Notes under the pieces: model-generated
Database searches by the model: none
Told to the model about the DNA's origin: nothing
The model's input: the letters and a program-made list of their open reading frames with translations, nothing else
Source of the DNA: a virus
Lineage: Duplodnaviria > Caudoviricetes
Reading direction: 5' to 3' (one strand)
IMG/VR virus record: IMGVR_UViG_3300036773_000072
Location: 1-62,741 of that record
Length of the DNA: 62,741 nt
Position numbers and translations under genes: made by a program
In this document: positions 57,218 to 62,741 of the stretch, piece after piece
How positions within the stretch are numbered: the first letter of the stretch is position 1
How the letters are laid out: the number at the start of each line of letters is the position of its first letter

Positions 57218-58163
57218 CGTGGCGGACGAGGTGTTCACGACATGGCGGATCACGGTTGACCTGCACACGGATGTGCTGGAGGCCGATGCACGGCGCGTGT
57301 TGGACGCGATCAAGCGGATGGACGAGGTAGCTGGCGCTGACCTGGAGGATTTCGATGGATGAGCAAGCGAACCTGGCGCCGGACGCCAAGCAGCCGGGCT
57401 ACGTGGCCGAAATCGACTTGACGCCTTACGGCGCCTCGTGGGGCTCGCAGCCGAGGCATCACGGGGAGATCGACTACGTGTTTCCCGGCCGGGCGGTGCT
57501 CGTACTGCCCGGCCGGGAGTGGCTGGCCGAGCCCGAGGCGTGCGAGTGGGATGGGCCGGGCGAGTGGGTGTTGGACGACAAGGTGCTGGTCTGCCCCTGC
57601 TGTGGTCTGGACTGCACGTGAGCCGCCGGCAACGCGCCCGCGTCCGCCGACAGGCGGCCACCTACCGGCGGTGTGAGCTGTGCGGCAAGCGCGTCTACCC
57701 GGACGCCATCGGCGCCAAAGTGGACGGCGCCTACTGGAGCCAGCGCGTATACCCCTGTCCAGCCGGCCAGGGCTTCCATCTCACGAGCCTGGAGGTGTGT
57801 TGTGCTGGGTGAGCAGCGAGTAGTCGCCGAAGCGACCGTGCAGCAGGGTCCGCTGACGTGGATGTACTGGCCGAACCTGGAGGGCCGGCAGTTCCTGATC
57901 GACAAGATCCGGGCGGTGTACCGCACCACCGAGGACGGCCGCTGGGTGATCCGGCACCTGTGCCTGTCCGGCCGAGCGCTGCTGGTGGACGGCACGATAG
58001 GGCGCACGGAGCGGTTCCGGTTCTATGAGCCCGAGCCGCGCCCGCGTGCCAGCCACGTGCCGGACAGCCCGTGGATCGACGCGCCGGAGTGGGCTCGTCG
58101 CTGGGCTGCCGAGCTGTGCCCGCAGACTGTGGTGATCAAATCGACTGTGTGAGCGCTGAGACC

Positions 58164-58211
58164 ACCGCGAGACGCCCCGGACATTGATGCAGGTCCGGGG
58201 CGTCTCGCGGT
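58164..58211. terminator. Long hairpin between convergent operons
   Basis: 19-bp perfect arms ACCGCGAGACGCCCCGGAC / GTCCGGGGCGTCTCGCGGT. Confidence 0.8.
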
Positions 58212-58396
58212 CTCGACCGGTACAGAGACTGGATCTTGAACAATCTTACCGTGAGTAGAACGATCTCACTCTGCATACCCGCAGGTCAGCAGCGTGATCG
58301 AGCCTTCTGAACCGGTGAGGATCACGGGTCGCGCGCACGCCTGCGCGCCTAACGCGCGGGCGAACATGAGACCCGCGTTGCGACTGTCCGTGCACG

Positions 58397-60280
58397 TCAC
58401 GCGCTCACGTCCACGTCCGCAGCCGCGCCCGTGTGCCACACGCCCGAGCGCGAGTGCGCGCGACCTTCGCCCGCGAGCCGGTTGAGCCGCCGGAACACGG
58501 TGGCCCGCGACAGGCCGGTGCGTTCGGCCAGCTCATCGGCCTTGCCGGGCTCGATGTCCAGCGCGGCCATGACCTCGTCGGGCTCGGCATCCTCGTCGGG
58601 CATGTCGATGATGATGCCGCCGTGGCCCATGAGGGCTGCCCAGGCCGTGGGTTCTGCGGTGGGTCGGCCGGCGGCCACGCACGCCTCGATGTGGGCTCGC
58701 CGGTCACGCACGGTCACGAAGTAACCCTTGGCGATGTTGGGCGTGGAGTGCGCCTCGTCCCGCAGCAGGTGCTGACCCGTCTTCAGGCCGGCACTGTTCC
58801 AGCCGTAGCGCACCAGGTCCCCCCACAGCACGCGGGAGGCGTGCGCGTCCAGCGCGAGGCCGACCGTGGACTTGAGCTGGGCCTGGAGTTCCTTGCTGCC
58901 CGTGTCCGCCTTGCTGCCGTTCTGGCACAGCAGGATGAACCGCACCCCGGCCTTGCGGCCACGCTTGCCGCAGCGACCCACCAGGGCCAGGTGCTTCTGG
59001 CCTTCCTTGCCTCGTCCCTCAGCCTCGGCAACGAAGTCCGGATACTCGTCCACGATCACGGTCAGCCACGGCTCGCTGGGACTGGGCATGAAGGCGTCCG
59101 GGGCGTCGTCGCTGGACGCCTTGTCCAGGCCCAAGCGCCGTTCCCGGTCCTCGATGAACGCCATGACCCGCTCGAACAGCACCACCGTGGACTCATAGTC
59201 CGTGGCCACCGGCATACACATGACCGGCTCCCACACACGCAGGGTGGCGCCGGACGCGAGGTCACCGGCGGCCAACATGCAGTCGTCGCAGGCCGCGAGG
59301 TAGACCAGCAGAGACTCCAGCCAGATCGACTTGCCGGAGCCGTTGGCGCCCACCACGAGGGTGTGCTGGAGCATGTAGATCTCTTCCATCGCGTCCGCGT
59401 GCAGACCCATCGAGAACCGCAGGTCATTGGCCCGCAGGGAGACCGTGCCTGGCGCGGGCATCGGGTGCAGGATCTTGCCCTTCCACGGGTCCTTCGGCAG
59501 GAACCGCAGGCTGACTCGCCGGGCGTTGGACTCGTCGGTCAGCAGGTAGATCGAGGACAGCCGCAGCGAGTAGAAGCTGGCCAGCGTGTCCATGCGTGGC
59601 GCGAGCTGTGCGGCCGTCATGCCTTCGGCCAGCCGGATCGTGAGGATGGACTGGCCGCGCGAGCCGCGCGCCTCCACCACGCGCGAGCCGTGCAGCTCGC
59701 GGATCGGGCCACGTTCCTTGTCCGCGAGGATGCGCCAGCGCCGGGCGTACCGGTCCGCCCGGCCGGCTACCCGGATGCGGCGGTGGTACCACCAGGACCC
59801 GCCGAACACCAGGAGACCAAGCTGCCACCACAGGGCCGTCGTGGTACTGGGGCCGGCACCGACCCGCAGTGCCAGCCAGCCACCGAGTGCCGCGAGGAAC
59901 AGGGCCAGATAGGTCCGTTCCGGTACCCGGTCCAGCACGCCCTTGCGGCCGGCATCCACCGAGTCCGGTACCAACGCGAGTACCAAGCGGGACCAGGGAC
60001 CGGACAGCCGTGGTCCCAGTACCGCGAGTACCAAGCCGGCGGCCGGGAGTACCAGGGCCGCCCACCAGGTCCACGACGCGGTACCACGCCAGACCAGGGC
60101 CAGGATCTCGGTACCGGTGGCGAGGTACAGCGGGGTGAGTACCCGGCGCCAGCGCCACGCCAGATGGCTGATGCCCTTGCCGATGGGCCGGATGACGAAC
60201 CGGAACAGGCCGTAAAGGAACAGGCCGGTCAAGATCCCGTCGCCGAACAGGTCAACCAGCGGGTGCTTCTTCTTTGCCAT
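58397..60280 (-). CDS. TraB-like FtsK/SpoIIIE DNA translocase
   Basis: N-terminal TMs; Walker A GANGSGKS; Walker B VIVDE; GRKAG; C-terminal wHTH (ELAERTGLSRATVFRRL). Confidence 0.85.
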   Translation of the reverse strand: MAKKKHPLVDLFGDGILTGLFLYGLFRFVIRPIGKGISHLAWRWRRVLTPLYLATGTEILALVWRGTASWTWWAALVLPAAGLVLAVLGPRLSGPWSRLVLALVPDSVDAGRKGVLDRVPERTYLALFLAALGGWLALRVGAGPSTTTALWWQLGLLVFGGSWWYHRRIRVAGRADRYARRWRILADKERGPIRELHGSRVVEARGSRGQSILTIRLAEGMTAAQLAPRMDTLASFYSLRLSSIYLLTDESNARRVSLRFLPKDPWKGKILHPMPAPGTVSLRANDLRFSMGLHADAMEEIYMLQHTLVVGANGSGKSIWLESLLVYLAACDDCMLAAGDLASGATLRVWEPVMCMPVATDYESTVVLFERVMAFIEDRERRLGLDKASSDDAPDAFMPSPSEPWLTVIVDEYPDFVAEAEGRGKEGQKHLALVGRCGKRGRKAGVRFILLCQNGSKADTGSKELQAQLKSTVGLALDAHASRVLWGDLVRYGWNSAGLKTGQHLLRDEAHSTPNIAKGYFVTVRDRRAHIEACVAAGRPTAEPTAWAALMGHGGIIIDMPDEDAEPDEVMAALDIEPGKADELAERTGLSRATVFRRLNRLAGEGRAHSRSGVWHTGAAADVDVSA

Positions 60281-60281
60281 C

Positions 60282-61316
60282 TCAGGCACCTTCCTTGACG
60301 AGTCGGGCGATGCGGCCGGCACGCGCGGTGCCGAGGTTGTAGGCGGCTGCGATCGCCCTGCGGGTGGTGTGACCGTCGTGCCGGGCTCGGGCCACCAGGT
60401 CGTCATCGCTGCCGGCCTTGGCGGTCACGACGTGCTCGGACCGGCGGATGGGCGACACCTTGGCGGGACTGGCGGCCGACTGATCCGGGTGCACCTTGGC
60501 CGGCGCCTCGTCCCGGATCGGCCGCAGGACGATGGTCCGTTCGGACAGCGTCTCCGGCGGCACGGGCCGATGAGCGGTGACTGACTCGGGCTCGGTGACG
60601 GGCGAGATCACGGGCAGGTCGTCAGCGGCCGTGGGTCGCGGCGCTTCGGGCTCGTCCTGGTGCGTTGTAGGTCGGTCGGGCTCGACTTCCCCACGCACAT
60701 CCGGCAACGGTTCGGTCACGATCGGCTCGGACGGCCGGACGGGTTCGGGCGGTGCGACGTTGGGCGGTGCCACCAGGCCGACCAGGTCAGTGACGGGCAC
60801 GGCGACCAGGGCGGTCCGGAACGCGGACCAGGTGCCCCGCCGGTCAACGGTCCAGCGCAGCGCCAGCAGCCCGAGCCGCAGGCGGAACGCGCGCTTGCCG
60901 TGCCGGATCTCCCATTCGGCCCGCAGGTCGGACAACACCACGTCGAACACCAGGACGGCCGCGAAGGGCAGGGCTGCGCCTACCCACTGCGCCAGGCTGT
61001 TGCCCTGGAAATGCCAGTTGATCCAGCCGGAGACGGCGGTGAAGGCGTACATCAGGACCCGGCCGCGCAGCACGGCCCGGCCGTAGATGGACGAGCGGTA
61101 GACCAGCACGGAGCAGGCGAACGCGGAGCCGTCGAACGAGCCGGGCACCAACCACGCCGTCACGTCCGTGTAGCCGTGCATCGGGTCCAGGGCGAACCCG
61201 TGCAGGCCGACGAACGACGCTGCCCAGCCGGCCACGGCCGCGAGCGCCACGAAGCCGAGCACGAGGCGGGCCAGGCGGATGCCGGACAGCCGGGGCAGAC
61301 GCCGTTCGTCGCTCAT
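60282..61316 (-). CDS. DUF2637-like (Spd-type) membrane protein with C-terminal HTH
   Basis: ASFVGL…AWLVPGSFDG…S..IN..; four TMs; Pro-rich linker; RRAIAAAYNLGTARA.RI. Confidence 0.7.
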   Translation of the reverse strand: MSDERRLPRLSGIRLARLVLGFVALAAVAGWAASFVGLHGFALDPMHGYTDVTAWLVPGSFDGSAFACSVLVYRSSIYGRAVLRGRVLMYAFTAVSGWINWHFQGNSLAQWVGAALPFAAVLVFDVVLSDLRAEWEIRHGKRAFRLRLGLLALRWTVDRRGTWSAFRTALVAVPVTDLVGLVAPPNVAPPEPVRPSEPIVTEPLPDVRGEVEPDRPTTHQDEPEAPRPTAADDLPVISPVTEPESVTAHRPVPPETLSERTIVLRPIRDEAPAKVHPDQSAASPAKVSPIRRSEHVVTAKAGSDDDLVARARHDGHTTRRAIAAAYNLGTARAGRIARLVKEGA

Positions 61317-61495
61317 CGGTAGTCCTTCGGGTTGATGATCTCGAATCCCCTCAGCCGCTTTCTGCGTTCGAGGGGAATACGGATGAATGTCCAGATGACG
61401 TAGCCCACGAAGGTACCGACCGAGACCGCCCACCAATCCCAGGTGATCGACACGGCGAGTACCACGAGTGCGGCCAGTACCACGGTGGTCCTCAT
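61313..61495 (-). CDS. Small two-TM protein
   Basis: MRTTVVLAALVVLAV…; overlaps the DUF2637 start. Confidence 0.55.
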   Translation of the reverse strand: MRTTVVLAALVVLAVSITWDWWAVSVGTFVGYVIWTFIRIPLERRKRLRGFEIINPKDYR

Positions 61496-61570
61496 TGCAG
61501 CATTGTCGCATGTTCCCCCACGTAAAACGGGGTACTGAGTACCACCCGAAGATCCGCCGTAGATAAAGGG

Positions 61571-61600
61571 TTGTGCCCCGTGGCATCGGGGGGGTACATT
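61571..61600 (+). promoter_or_regulatory. Repeated promoter/operator, copy 8
   Basis: TTGTGC-N18-TACATT upstream of the DUF932 gene. Confidence 0.8.
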
Positions 61601-61647
61601 CGGTCTCACCGGGGCAGATTTGGCCCCCGAAAGCAGGAGGACACGAG

Positions 61648-62741
61648 ATGTCGAACATCACCGCCGCAGAAGCCATCGAGGGCACCCGCAACGCGAACAT
61701 GGAAGATCTGGTCGCGATCCTGCGGACGCAGCAGGCCCTGAAGGTGGACGTGGTTGCTCCGGCCGAGACCCTGCGTGTCAAGGACGGCAGTTTCGTTCTG
61801 TCCGGCCTGGACCCGGAGATCACGGACGAGGGCGTGACCGACCCCAACGGTTCCTACCGTCCCACGGCTGCGGCCGATGGTGACGTGGCCGAGAAGCTGG
61901 GCATCGGTGGGCGGTACATCCGCAAGCTGCGGTCGGAGCGCGTCGACCTGTACGACCTCAACGTCAACGGCTTGCTACGGGGCAAGAGCCGGCGCCTGGT
62001 GTCGGGGGAGACCGAGGTCATCCACCCGGCAGACAGCCGCTCGTTCCTCCTGCGCCTGTTCCGGGGCGAGGACGGCAACGAGGGCGTGCTGCGGGCGATG
62101 CTGTCCGACCGCTACGGCCGGGTTGACCACCTGGATCTGATCATGGCGGTGCTGTCCGGCATCCGCGACGCAGGTGTGGACGTGCAGATTCGCGAGTGCG
62201 ACCTGACCGAGTCCTACATGCGTGTGCGCGCGTTCTCGCCCCAGGTGAGCGCGCTCGCACCGACACTGCTGGGCAACTACCGCAACCCGTTCGCCAACCC
62301 GGAGATGGAGAAGGCTCGGCAGGAGATCTCCCGTTGGACGCGCATCGCGGACAACGAGGGCATGGGCTACGACAACGGCGAACTGGCCAACCAGGTCGTG
62401 TTCGCGGGATTCGAGTTCAGCAACTCCGAGACCGGCTCGGGCAGTGTGCGGTTCGCACCGCGCATGTTGGTGCGGGTGTGCAAGAACGGTCTGACCTTGC
62501 CGGCGTTCGCCGTCAAGCAGACGCACCTCGGTGCCCGGATGGATGAGGGCTGGAATTTCGAGGTTCAGGGCAAGGCGCTGGAGGTCATCACGGCGCAGGC
62601 CAAGCAGAAGGTAACCGAGTGGCTGTCGCCAGACTTCCTGGCCAGTCGCGTCAACGAGATCGAGGCCAAGGCTGGTGCCGAGGTCTCCGAACCGGCCAAG
62701 ACGATGAAGGTCGTTGCCAAGCGGTTCGAGCTGAGCGAGAC
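61648..62741 (+). CDS. DUF932-family protein, 5' part (wraps through the join and stops at 371)
   Basis: AGGAGG then ATG 61648; open to window end; LRAMLSDRY, FSNSETGSGS, RVCKNGL and HLGARMDEG motifs. Confidence 0.8.
   Translation, partial: MSNITAAEAIEGTRNANMEDLVAILRTQQALKVDVVAPAETLRVKDGSFVLSGLDPEITDEGVTDPNGSYRPTAAADGDVAEKLGIGGRYIRKLRSERVDLYDLNVNGLLRGKSRRLVSGETEVIHPADSRSFLLRLFRGEDGNEGVLRAMLSDRYGRVDHLDLIMAVLSGIRDAGVDVQIRECDLTESYMRVRAFSPQVSALAPTLLGNYRNPFANPEMEKARQEISRWTRIADNEGMGYDNGELANQVVFAGFEFSNSETGSGSVRFAPRMLVRVCKNGLTLPAFAVKQTHLGARMDEGWNFEVQGKALEVITAQAKQKVTEWLSPDFLASRVNEIEAKAGAEVSEPAKTMKVVAKRFELSE
62540..62741. repeat. Terminal direct repeat, copy 2
   Basis: Same sequence as 1-202, one mismatch; lies inside a CDS that reads across the join. 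Confidence 0.95.

Noticed and set aside
1-62741. CRISPR array, diversity-generating retroelement, retron, integrase or transposase
   Set aside because: No regularly spaced repeats and no reverse transcriptase, recombinase or DDE motifs seen in any ORF

Overview
This window looks like the complete, circularly permuted genome of a high-GC actinobacterial siphophage. Bases 1-202 recur at 62540-62741 with one mismatch, giving a unit of about 62,539 bp. The head genes resemble mycobacteriophage cluster B (portal-MuF fusion, protease-like protein, major capsid and a likely second pentamer capsid protein), but the modules are scattered. Tail, tape measure, ERF/SSB, HTH initiator with DnaB-like helicase, GH25 lysin and terminase are present. 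I see no integrase, DNA polymerase or DNA methyltransferase. Highlights: (1) an operon next to the terminase (ParB-like, TET/JBP dioxygenase, amino-acid:DNA transferase, FAD oxidoreductase, P-loop kinase) that predicts fully post-replicative thymine hypermodification; (2) an actinomycete plasmid-type TraB/FtsK plus DUF2637 spreading module with dense RGTACY clusters; (3) several RNA-level elements: a type II hammerhead ribozyme, a tRNA-like RNA with a G3.U70 pair and an aberrant anticodon loop, a -1 frameshift site with pseudoknot at the end of the protease-like gene, and a sialidase whose catalytic RIP motif has no in-frame start codon; (4) a family of palindromic promoter/operators repeated at least 8 times. 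All family calls come from motifs recognised by eye, not from database searches.
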